Positions 23,906 through 33,642 of a stretch of 64,000 bases of DNA are shown piece by piece. Both the position numbers and the translations under genes were made by a program. Each line of letters starts with the position of its first letter. The first letter of the stretch is position 1. The stretch comes from Rebecca billardiae RCC1528 (taxonomy: Eukaryota > Protista > Haptophyta). The notes below the pieces were generated by a model that saw only the letters and a program-made list of their open reading frames with translations, did no database searches and was not told the DNA's origin. The stretch lies in the NCBI GenBank assembly GCA_965240325.2, contig OZ251226.1, positions 1,302,001 through 1,366,000 on the forward strand, read 5' to 3'.

Positions 23906-24955
23906 ATGATGGCGGATTCGACGACTAGCCCTGCGGTCAGGCTCCTCTTACGCAAGTCGGCGCGTGGGGACGCGCGTGCGACGTTCCTTCTGGCGCGGCG
24001 GGCTGAGAATGGCGAGGGCATCGCACAGGACCACCGCGAAGCCTTTCGCCTGTACACCCTCGCCGCTGAGCGCAGCTTTGCAGATGCGCAGACGGAGATG
24101 GGCCACATCTACGTGAACGGCGCGCTTGGGCAGCCAAAGGACCTCGAGGCAGCAGCGCGCTGGTACCGGCTGGCGGCCGAGCAGGGCTACGCTCAGGCGC
24201 AGTGCAATCTGGGCGTGCGGTACGCACAAGGCGAGGGCGTGCCGCAGGACTGGGGCGAGGCGGTGCGCTGGTACGGGCTGGCGGCCGAGCAGGGCCACGC
24301 ACTCGCGCAGTGCAATCTGGGCGTGCGGTACGCACGAGGCGAGGGCGTGCCGCAGGACTGGGGCGAGGCTGTGCGCTGGTACCGGCTGGCGGCCGAGCAG
24401 GGCGACGCGCAGGCGCAGTGCAATCTGGGCGTGCGGTACGCACGAGGCGAGGGCGTGCCGCAGGACTGGGGCGAGGCGATGCGCTGGTACCGGCTGGCGG
24501 CCGAGCAGGGCCACGCACTCGCGCAGTGCAATCTGGGCGTGCAGTACGCACAAGGCGAGGGCGTGCCGCAGGACTGGGGCGAGGCGGTACGCTGGTTCCG
24601 GCTGGCTACTCAGGGAGGGAGCGCACATGGGCACATGGGTCTTGGAGAGCTGACGCTGCATGGCACGGGAGTGGAGCGTGATGTGGAGGAGGCAGCTCGG
24701 CTGTTGCACCGTGGCCAAGAGCTCGATCCAGCCCTCGGAGACCGTGTACGCGAGGTCCTGGCCGAGGAGGCTGGAGAGCGTGACGTGGTCGCCACGTGCT
24801 GCATCGCCTGCGGACGGACAGGCCGTGGTCTGAAGAAGTGCGAGCGGTGCCATGTGGCGGTCTTCTGCTCGCGTGAGCACCTGCGCAGCTCGTGGAAGGT
24901 GCACAAGCCCCACTGCAACGCGTGGGCTTCGCAGTGCGATGAGGAGGCAAGGTAG
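23906..24955 (+). CDS. Sel1-repeat protein with C-terminal MYND zinc finger, copy B
   Basis: Inverted duplicate of copy A with the same domains. Confidence 0.92.
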   Translation: MMADSTTSPAVRLLLRKSARGDARATFLLARRAENGEGIAQDHREAFRLYTLAAERSFADAQTEMGHIYVNGALGQPKDLEAAARWYRLAAEQGYAQAQCNLGVRYAQGEGVPQDWGEAVRWYGLAAEQGHALAQCNLGVRYARGEGVPQDWGEAVRWYRLAAEQGDAQAQCNLGVRYARGEGVPQDWGEAMRWYRLAAEQGHALAQCNLGVQYAQGEGVPQDWGEAVRWFRLATQGGSAHGHMGLGELTLHGTGVERDVEEAARLLHRGQELDPALGDRVREVLAEEAGERDVVATCCIACGRTGRGLKKCERCHVAVFCSREHLRSSWKVHKPHCNAWASQCDEEAR

Positions 24956-25099
24956 TGATTTATAGTGAAGGTGAACTTCCGGGACTGCACTGTACTCACA
25001 CTGTAGTCTGTACAGAACTTCCGGGACACTGTAGTCTGTACACTGTCGGCTGCTGATCAGAATTAATAATGGCGTCACATTTCCTTCATATCATCGTCA

Positions 25100-28000
25100 T
25101 CACGAATGACGATGATAAGCCCCACCTGGCACTGGTCGGCCGGCAGGCGCCGGCGCGGCGATACTGTGGGCGCCTGCGGCCGCAGCGTGTGCCAAGCGCG
25201 CGGCAATGGCGAACCCTTCCTCAGCGAGAGCGCTCAGCTCCGCGCTCTGCGCACCGCCACGGTGCGCCTCCGCGCCACGCGCGGCCGACTCGACGGCCAC
25301 ACCGGTGCCGTACTGCCCGTACCCCGCGCTCGCATCGCCTCCGCCTGCCCACGCCGCGCCGAGCGCGCGCGCGTCGCTCGCGATCCGACTCCCCTCGGAG
25401 CGCAGCAGGCGCGTGCGCTCGCGCACGAGCTCCGACTCGAACTGCGAGCGGATGGCGGCGACCTCGTGCGCGTGCCGACGCGCAAGCTCGTCGACGACGC
25501 CGGTGCCAGCGCCGGCGCCGGCGGCGCCGCCGCCAAAGTCCCCGTCAGCTGCGCCGGGCTGCTGGCAGACAGTCCCGGGTTGTTGCGCGGCCGGAGCACG
25601 GGTCGCGGCCGTCGCATCGGCCACGCCCGCCCAACCGGCCGTGCTCTGCGGCGGCTGTGGCGCATGGCGTGCGTGCGGCGGCGGCGGCGGCGGCGGCGGC
25701 ACTGCGCCGGCGGGCATCGGCGCATCGCTCGCCGCCATCCCCGAGTCGCCGCGCCCCGAGCCCAGGCAGCAGGCGGCGCGCGCACGCTCGGACAGTGGCT
25801 CGGTCGGAATGGCCGCGCCAAGCCGCCGCCCGTCTGATTCGCTCTGCGCTCTGCGCGCGCTCGCGGCGTGCTCGCGGCCCTCGGCACGGGCGCGCTCGGC
25901 GGCGGCGCGCTCGCGATTCGCACGCGCCTCGGCCGCGCGCGTGCCCTCGGCGAACGCCGACAGCTCGCGCTCGCGCTCACGCAGGGCGGCTGTGGCGCTG
26001 TCAGCGCGCGCGTGAGCGGCACTCGCCTCGGCGCGCGCGGCGCGCGCGTCCGCCTGCGCCTCCGCCGCCGCGCGGCGCGCCGCCTCCATCGCCTCACGAC
26101 GTGCCAAGGCCTCCTCCGCGGCAGTCTCCGAGCCCGCGCGCGCGGCCGCGAGCGCGTGCGCGTGCGTCGCCTGAAGCTCGCCCACCGCCCGCAGGTAGCC
26201 AGCCCGCTGTGCGCCCAGCTGGCGCGCGGCCGCGGATTGCGCGTCGCGCAGCTCGCGGATCGCGGCGCGCGCGCGCTCGGCCGGCCGTCGAAGCGGTGTC
26301 GGCAGCGGCAGCGCGCCGTCCGACGAGCCGGACTCGGAGCTCCCGGACTCGTCCGCCTCGAGCCCTTCGCTCCCGCGGCCCGCGTCGCTGGCGCCGCCCA
26401 GCGCGCCGCGAGTGCCGCCACGCCGCTGCGCCGCCGCCGCCGGCTCGGGGGCCGGCGGGAGCCCCGCTGCGCGCAGGGCGCGCGCGACGTGCGCGCTCGC
26501 GGTGCGCGCCTCGGCCGCGAGCGCGTCGAGCGCCGCCGCGCACTGCGCGCTCACGGCGCGCCCGACGCCCTCGTGCGCGCCGCGCGCGCCGTCGGCGGCG
26601 GCGAGCTCCGCGGCAAGGGAGGCGGCCACTGCGCGCGCTTCGGCGCGCGCAGCGCGCGCGGCGCGCTCGAACTCGCCCGCCGCGGCACGCGCGCGCGAGA
26701 GCTCTGCGCGCGCGGCGCGCAGCTCGGCCTCCAGAGCCGCCTCGTGCTCCTCGGCCAGGAGCGCGCCGACGCCGTCGTCGCCGCCGCGCGCCGCCGCCTC
26801 AGCGCCCGCCACGGCGCCGGCCGAGACAGAGCCGCGCGCGCCCTGCTGCTCCGGTCGCGCGGCGCGTGCGCGCTCGCCCGCCGGCGCAGTATCGATGGCC
26901 GCGCGCGGGGGCGTGCGCGCGGCGCCATCGGCGGCGCCGGCGGCGCCGTCAGCTGGCGCCAGCAGCGCCGGCAATGCGCTGCGCACCGCGCCCACGCTGT
27001 CCAGCTCGAGCGACGTCCGGTCCGGCGCCGCGGGCGCGCGCGCCACCAGCCTCGCGACCGCGGCTTCGAGAGCGTCTGCCCTCGCACCCGCCGTCTCGTC
27101 GAGCCGCGCGGCGCCATCCTCGCCGCGGCGCCGAGCGGCGACGCGCTCGGCCAGGCTGCGCGCGGACTCGTCCAGCGCGCGCGCGCTCGTCACGTGCTGC
27201 TCGACCGACGCGTCCACGCGCGCGCGCGCGCGCTCGAGCTCCCTGCCCACTGCGGCACTGACGGCTCGCTGCGCCTCGCGCGCGGTGCGCGCCGCCTCGC
27301 GCGCACGCTCCGCGCCCTCGGCGAGCTGCGCGCGGTACGCGACGAGCGAGGCAGCGAGGCGCTCGAGCCTGTGCAGCTCCGCCGCGCCGAGCGTCGCGCG
27401 AGCATACTCTTCAGCCGCCGCCGAGGCGGGCGGCTTCGGGGCGCCCGCTCCCGCGCCCGCCCGCTGCATGGCTGTGGCCGCGCCGCGCGGCGCGCGCGCG
27501 GCGGAAGTGGCCTGCCGCAGCCCGCCGCTGCCGGGGCGGGAGGCAGGGCGCGCGCGCGCGTCCTCCTCGAGTGTAGCGGGCAGCAGCTCGCCGTCCGCGC
27601 CCGCCGATAGGTAGCGAAACGACTCGTCGCCGAGGACAGTCTCGCGCCCCAGATCGCCATCTCGGAGATTGCCATCTCGGAGATTGCCATCTCGGAGAAT
27701 GTTGCCATCTCCGAATTCGCCATCACGGCGCGCGCCCGCGGCCGAAGTGGCGCGGATGCCGCCACGCGGCGGCACCGGCTGGGCCAGTTGCGCCTCGCGC
27801 TCGTGCCAGAAGGCCTCCTGCGCCGCGTACGGCCGCGCCGACGCGGCCGCGGCCGCACCGGACGCGCGTGCGTCACGAGGCGAGCCGCCGGTGCGCGCTG
27901 CATAGCCTCGGCCGTACGCCGTCGGCCGGAGCGGGCTGCTGCCGGGGCTGCGCGCGGCTGCGTACGCGGGGAGAGGCATGTGCTCGACCACGGAGGATGA

Positions 28001-28432
28001 CGTCGCCGCCGCCCGCGCGACGCCGCCCTGACCAATCGCAGCGTCTGCATGCCGGAGTGCCTCCGCCACCTCGCGGTCGAGCGAAGATTCCAACTCGACC
28101 AGCGTGGAGTAGAGCGCGGAGGGCTCGGCGGGCGGGGCTGAAGCGGATGTGTTGCGCGGAGATGGTGGTGCCTCGCGACCGGGGAGCTCGGCAGCGGCCG
28201 ACGCCTCGGCCGCACGCCCCGACTGGACGCGTGGCGGCTGTGCGCGCTCTGGCGGCGCGCTGGAAGCCACGCCGAGCGATTCTGCGGCGGGAGAGGGTGG
28301 TTGGGGCGCACTCGTCGACGACGGGGCGAGCGCACGGATCGAAACCACGGGAGGGGCTGCCGGCACGCCGAACAGGGCCTCGCGAGATGCGGGCTCCAGC
28401 AGCGCGGCGTCGACGTCGAGGGCCTGCGCCAT
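25100..28432 (-). CDS. Ala-rich predicted coiled-coil protein, function unknown
   Basis: 1110-aa ORF from ATG with E/A/R/L helical stretches and a short LRDGN repeat. In-frame introns are possible. Confidence 0.65.
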   Translation of the reverse strand: MAQALDVDAALLEPASREALFGVPAAPPVVSIRALAPSSTSAPQPPSPAAESLGVASSAPPERAQPPRVQSGRAAEASAAAELPGREAPPSPRNTSASAPPAEPSALYSTLVELESSLDREVAEALRHADAAIGQGGVARAAATSSSVVEHMPLPAYAAARSPGSSPLRPTAYGRGYAARTGGSPRDARASGAAAAASARPYAAQEAFWHEREAQLAQPVPPRGGIRATSAAGARRDGEFGDGNILRDGNLRDGNLRDGDLGRETVLGDESFRYLSAGADGELLPATLEEDARARPASRPGSGGLRQATSAARAPRGAATAMQRAGAGAGAPKPPASAAAEEYARATLGAAELHRLERLAASLVAYRAQLAEGAERAREAARTAREAQRAVSAAVGRELERARARVDASVEQHVTSARALDESARSLAERVAARRRGEDGAARLDETAGARADALEAAVARLVARAPAAPDRTSLELDSVGAVRSALPALLAPADGAAGAADGAARTPPRAAIDTAPAGERARAARPEQQGARGSVSAGAVAGAEAAARGGDDGVGALLAEEHEAALEAELRAARAELSRARAAAGEFERAARAARAEARAVAASLAAELAAADGARGAHEGVGRAVSAQCAAALDALAAEARTASAHVARALRAAGLPPAPEPAAAAQRRGGTRGALGGASDAGRGSEGLEADESGSSESGSSDGALPLPTPLRRPAERARAAIRELRDAQSAAARQLGAQRAGYLRAVGELQATHAHALAAARAGSETAAEEALARREAMEAARRAAAEAQADARAARAEASAAHARADSATAALRERERELSAFAEGTRAAEARANRERAAAERARAEGREHAASARRAQSESDGRRLGAAIPTEPLSERARAACCLGSGRGDSGMAASDAPMPAGAVPPPPPPPPHARHAPQPPQSTAGWAGVADATAATRAPAAQQPGTVCQQPGAADGDFGGGAAGAGAGTGVVDELARRHAHEVAAIRSQFESELVRERTRLLRSEGSRIASDARALGAAWAGGGDASAGYGQYGTGVAVESAARGAEAHRGGAQSAELSALAEEGFAIAARLAHAAAAGAHSIAAPAPAGRPVPGGAYHRHS

Positions 28433-28797
28433 GGCGTGCCCGAGCTCCCGCGCGCGCGCACCGGTCGGCGGTTTGAAAAAAATGCACTAAGGCTTCCGCT
28501 GCCGCATTTCGGAAAGAACTCGCGGCAAATGAATAATCTTATTTGTCGTCGTCATCATCATCTTCCGGACACGGCGGCGGGATCTCTCATTCTTTGTTTG
28601 GAATGGAGAGCTCTGCTCAGGCTGGGTCCGCCCGACCGGGCCCTAGTCTTAGCAGTCCAATGTGCCGCGCGAGTTCGGCTGCGCTCACAGTCCGTGCGAC
28701 TTCCGGGTCCTTCCACTAGCAGAAGCCCGGTCCGAGTGAAGTAGCCCGCCACCGGCACGCAGCGCGGTGCCAACGGCAATGACTAACGCCGCCCGTC

Positions 28798-29326
<529 letters not shown>

Positions 29327-29343
29327 CTTGACCCTTTGGCTCG

Positions 29344-31995
29344 ATGCACGTGGATGGCCGATGGCGGGCAAGTCCTCTGGCAATCCGGCGTAATAGTAGT
29401 ACTGGTAATGATCGCCCGTACCGTCCGATCGCCCATCTTGTCTCGCTCGCGCCCGCCATCGTCGATCCGGACCGCGTCAACGGGCAAGACATGAGAGCCC
29501 GCACGCGGCCGCGCTGTGGCCTCGGCTCGTGCCTCGCGTCGCGGCCGCCCGCGCCGCGTCGGCGGGCCCTCGCCAGCTTGCTGGCAGACGGTGACCAGGT
29601 CGACGTGCTCGACCCATTCCTCCCGGCCGCCGTGCGCCAGCTGCGCCTCGCCGGCGCGCGCGCGAGCGCGCAGGCGTGGTCGACCGATGGCCGGTTGCTC
29701 ATCGTTGCCTCCACGCGCGCGCTGCACGTCTTCGACGCGGACGCGGACTTTGCCGAGCTCGCGACGTGCCAGCTGCGCTTCTCCGCCGCCTCGCTCTGCG
29801 CGGCGCGCGTGGGCGAGTCCGAGCTCTACGCCATTGCCATCGGCGGCGCGCCTGGCCTGCTCGTGTGCGCATGCGACGCGCACGGGCGCGCGGCGTGCTT
29901 TGCGTCGTACCACGTGATCGGAGGCCCGGTGGTGTGCGTCGCGGTGGATGCCGAGGCGCACTGGCTCGCGTGCGCCACGATCGACCGCCGCCTCGTGCTG
30001 TGCCCGTTTGCCGACGTCTGCGCGTCCGCAACCTCGGCGCTCGCTGACGGAGCACAGTCGGCCGCGCCCGCCGGCGCAGCGCCGACAGCCTTCCGTGCGG
30101 ATCTCCCGGTCTCGTACGGCGCGCGCATGCACGGCGAGCGGCCGACTGGGCTGATGTGGGCGCCTCGCTCGTGGCAGCTCCTCGTCACGAGCTGGGACGG
30201 CTGCGTCGAGCTCGTCGAGGCCGAGGGCGCTCAGCTGGTGCCGGGCGCCCCTGCAGGGCCGCTAGGCACGACGCGCGTGCGGTGGAGGGTCTCTCTCATG
30301 TGCGACCGCCGCGCGGCGGGCGCGCTGAGCGCGGAGTGGTACCCGCCGCTCGTGGCGTGGTCGCCGAACGGCACGGCCGTGTGCATGGCGCACACCCTCG
30401 ACAGCCCGCCCGAGCGCCTGGGCGCGCGCGAGCACGCGCCGCGCAGCCGGCTGTGCGCGGCCGCAACCGGTCCGCGCGGGTGTGCCCTCGCCGCCGCGGA
30501 CGGTGCGCAGAGCACGTGGGCTGAGGCCGCCGGTCTCGAGGGCAGGGTGCACGAGGCGTGGGCCGCCGTGCACGCGCTCGATGGCCCGCGCGTCCACGAT
30601 CTGCTCGAGCCAACCGTCGGCCTGTGCTGCTGCTGCGCGCCGCCCGACGAGGACGCGCGCGGCGGGGGTCGCCCGGGCGCGGGGGCGCGGTGCGACGAGT
30701 CGAAGCTGAATCTGCATGCGTGCGCGCTGGCGTGCTCGGTGACGGGCGTGCTGGCCTCCGTGGCGCTGCGGCCCGTCGCCGTGCTGCAGCCCGCAGACGT
30801 GCGGCGCACGGCCGTCTTCCGCTCGGTGGCGCTGCGGCTGTATCTCGAGCCCGAGATACGGCCGCGTCTCGCTCCCGAGATCGAGGCGCGGCCCGAGCCT
30901 GCAGCGACGGCGGAGGTCAGCGCGGCGTCAGGGCCGTCCGACGCCCGCACCGCAGCCGGCGCGCTCGGCGCGAGCAGCGCAGGGCCCAGCGGTGCTCGCG
31001 CCGGCGCTGAGCATGACGAGGGCGCTTGGCGCGTGCGCTGCGTGCCGCGGGGGCGGGGCAGCGCGCCGCGCGCGCCGGCGCGGCTCTACCCAATCCAGTT
31101 TGCACATCTGCCATGGCCGGACGTGGCAGCTGTGGTGGAGATGGCGTGCTCGGCGCGTGCGCCGGAGCACGCCGGCGGCGCGTCCGCGCCGCTCGTCCTC
31201 ACGGCGAGCGCGACGCACCTCGTGCTCGCGCACCGCAATGCGGTGTACTTCCGACGGCGTGACGCGGACGAGGGCAGCGCAGCGAGCGTCAGCAACGCAC
31301 GCGGCGACGACGCAGCCGCCACCGAGGCGGCGCGCGGGTGGCATCTGCTGGCCCTGACGCGGCCGGTGCACGCGTGCGTGTGCGCGCCCGGCGCGCAGCT
31401 CGTCGTGCTCAGCTCTGCAGGCACGCTCGCGCGCTGGAGCCTGCTCACCCTCGCTCGCACGAGCCAGGAGCTCCGCGTGTTCACCGACGAGCCGCCGACC
31501 GCGACCGCGGTGCTGATCGCCGAGGGCCGCGCGGATGCGGACACGGCGGCGGCGGCGTGCGGCGTAGAGGGTCCCGTCACCGAGCTCGGCGGCGGCGCAC
31601 GCGGCGCGTGCGCCGCCGGTCCGCCCACGCCGGGCGCCCCGCTTCCTCCGGCCGAGTGCCGCGTGCTCCTCGTGCAGCGTGCGATTGCCGACACGCGGCC
31701 CGGCACCGATCGTGAGCCGCGTGCTTCCGGCGCCTTCCGAGTGGCGGCGCTGACCCTGCACGCTTCAAGCGTGGGGGCTGGAGGCGCGGCCCCGGCCGAT
31801 GGCATCGGCGGTGGGGACGATGGCGGGCCGAGCTGGCGCGTGGTCGAGGGGCCGGCGACGCGGCCCTCGCACCAGCTCGCGGCGGTGGTGCCGATCGGCG
31901 CGTACGACGACGACGACCTTCTCTTTGACGACGACGGCTCAGCGGCGGATGATGGGAGCGACGCTGACGAGTGCGGAGTGACGACTCGACTTTGA
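29344..31995 (+). CDS. Putative WD40-like beta-propeller protein; true start uncertain, probably downstream of 29344
   Basis: Long ORF with AWSTDGRLLIVA, VAVDAEAHWLACATID, LLVTSWDGCV, VAWSPNGT segments and an acidic C-terminus. Confidence 0.55.
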   Translation: MHVDGRWRASPLAIRRNSSTGNDRPYRPIAHLVSLAPAIVDPDRVNGQDMRARTRPRCGLGSCLASRPPAPRRRALASLLADGDQVDVLDPFLPAAVRQLRLAGARASAQAWSTDGRLLIVASTRALHVFDADADFAELATCQLRFSAASLCAARVGESELYAIAIGGAPGLLVCACDAHGRAACFASYHVIGGPVVCVAVDAEAHWLACATIDRRLVLCPFADVCASATSALADGAQSAAPAGAAPTAFRADLPVSYGARMHGERPTGLMWAPRSWQLLVTSWDGCVELVEAEGAQLVPGAPAGPLGTTRVRWRVSLMCDRRAAGALSAEWYPPLVAWSPNGTAVCMAHTLDSPPERLGAREHAPRSRLCAAATGPRGCALAAADGAQSTWAEAAGLEGRVHEAWAAVHALDGPRVHDLLEPTVGLCCCCAPPDEDARGGGRPGAGARCDESKLNLHACALACSVTGVLASVALRPVAVLQPADVRRTAVFRSVALRLYLEPEIRPRLAPEIEARPEPAATAEVSAASGPSDARTAAGALGASSAGPSGARAGAEHDEGAWRVRCVPRGRGSAPRAPARLYPIQFAHLPWPDVAAVVEMACSARAPEHAGGASAPLVLTASATHLVLAHRNAVYFRRRDADEGSAASVSNARGDDAAATEAARGWHLLALTRPVHACVCAPGAQLVVLSSAGTLARWSLLTLARTSQELRVFTDEPPTATAVLIAEGRADADTAAAACGVEGPVTELGGGARGACAAGPPTPGAPLPPAECRVLLVQRAIADTRPGTDREPRASGAFRVAALTLHASSVGAGGAAPADGIGGGDDGGPSWRVVEGPATRPSHQLAAVVPIGAYDDDDLLFDDDGSAADDGSDADECGVTTRL

Positions 31996-32838
31996 CCGAG
32001 ATGGCATCTCAGCACATGGCGAGCAGCTGATGGGCAGGCGGGGCGATTACTACTGAGTATGCCTTGGTACGTGACAGTAATACGTGTGTCACGAGAGGCC
32101 ATGGCAGGCTGCCGCCATGCAGCGACTGAAAAGGTTTTGGGCGTGTTATTTTTCGAGGAGTGTCTCGATCAGCCTTGATTCCGCGCAGTACCCCAGATCA
32201 AGGCAAGATCATAGGGGGCCGTACCCATATTGAGTGATTGACCATCAAATTATCGATGAGGCACTGAGGCAGGGTGGTTCGGATACCCCGCCTCACTCTA
32301 GATCTCTTGAGCACCGAGTCAAGACACCGATACCGGCGACCATCTTGATCTTCGAGGAAATATCGTCGAGTCGGAGTTCGCGCAGGCGGCGCAGGGCAGA
32401 TTGTGATCTCTAGCGGGCGCTCGGACAGATGATTTGCCAATGATCCGACTACGGCTTAGTCTGAGTCATCATCGCCCGGAAGCTGCATTGCTGAGAGGGG
32501 CGGTGAGCTGCCCGCCGAATTGCGGCCGTCCGAGGTAGTTCATCACGCGTGGCCCGCCAGGTTGAGCCGCGCTGCGGACTGGCGCCGGCCGGCAGACTCA
32601 CATTGACCCGCGCGGCGGTCCGTCTGCGGCCGGGTGTGCACCGACACGAAAGGTGGCAAAGAGGAGGTGGTGAGCGGCTCGGCCATCGATCCACTCGATG
32701 GCATTGTGTCACCCACGCCGTTTCCCCCCGCGCCTGAAGCCGGTGCACTCCGCAGTAGGGGGTGCTGGGTGCGCAAGGTCGAGACTGAGACTGGTGTGCG
32801 TCGATGTGCTTGCTTGCCCGAGGACAGCGTGTGGTGGG

Positions 32839-33153
32839 CTAGGCGTCCTCGGCGACAATCTCGGCGGTGACAAGCGTGTGCGCCTCGGCGCCCTCGAACA
32901 CTGCCGCCACCACCGCGCTCTCCTGCGCGACCACGTTGCCCGCCGTGCGCATCAGAATCGTCTCCGCAAGCAGCGTGTCTGCCGCCGCGCGGTTCTCCGC
33001 GGCGAAGTACATCGGTGGGGGCTGCATCGTCTGGGCTTTCGGCGGTGGTCCGTTCCAGCCATGCGCGCCCCACGACGGCGGGGGGTCGTGAAGCGCCCTC
33101 TTGCCGAGCTCCTTGGCGCGCACGAGAAGCCGCAAACGCACGCCTGCAAACAT
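32839..33153 (-). CDS. Small hypothetical protein
   Basis: ~104-aa ATG-initiated ORF with protein-like composition; no family recognised. Confidence 0.25.
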   Translation of the reverse strand: MFAGVRLRLLVRAKELGKRALHDPPPSWGAHGWNGPPPKAQTMQPPPMYFAAENRAAADTLLAETILMRTAGNVVAQESAVVAAVFEGAEAHTLVTAEIVAEDA

Positions 33154-33642
33154 GACTGATGTGCTCGTTCGACGTCGATCGTGTCTTGGAACGCTCGGGG
33201 CCGAGTTTCGCAAGCGGCCACCTGGGCTCGCGAACCTCGCGAAATTGTCCGAGCACTCGGCGGACGCGTCGAGACGCGCTGATTGGCAGATCTCTTCTGC
33301 GAAACATGTGCAACATGTGCTCGGACGAAACTCAAGTTGCGCGAAGCGGTAACCACGGTTCGTCCCCGATAATGAGACGGGGACAGGACGAATGTAACCG
33401 TCGAATTCCTTATGAAAGCAATTACAAAAATGGAGAATAAAGACCTGCCCGAGTATCTCAACTTTGATTCATCATTCTCCTATTTAACTATTTTGCTGTC
33501 TCCTTGGAGCCAAAAATAATCTCAAATCTGCCGCTTGCAACCTTCCGGAATCCGGAGCCACGTGCATGGCGTGACGGCGGCGGCAAGTCCGGGAGCGACG
33601 TCTTCCGCGCGGACCGCGCCACGTGCGCCCGTCTCCCCAACA

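Noticed and set aside
9330-25000. Endogenous giant virus or virophage
   Set aside because: No capsid, polymerase, packaging ATPase or integrase is recognisable.
25069-27614. Long Arg/Pro/Ala-rich plus-strand ORFs (and similar ones across the window)
   Set aside because: Shadow ORFs of real genes, caused by stop-codon scarcity at high GC.
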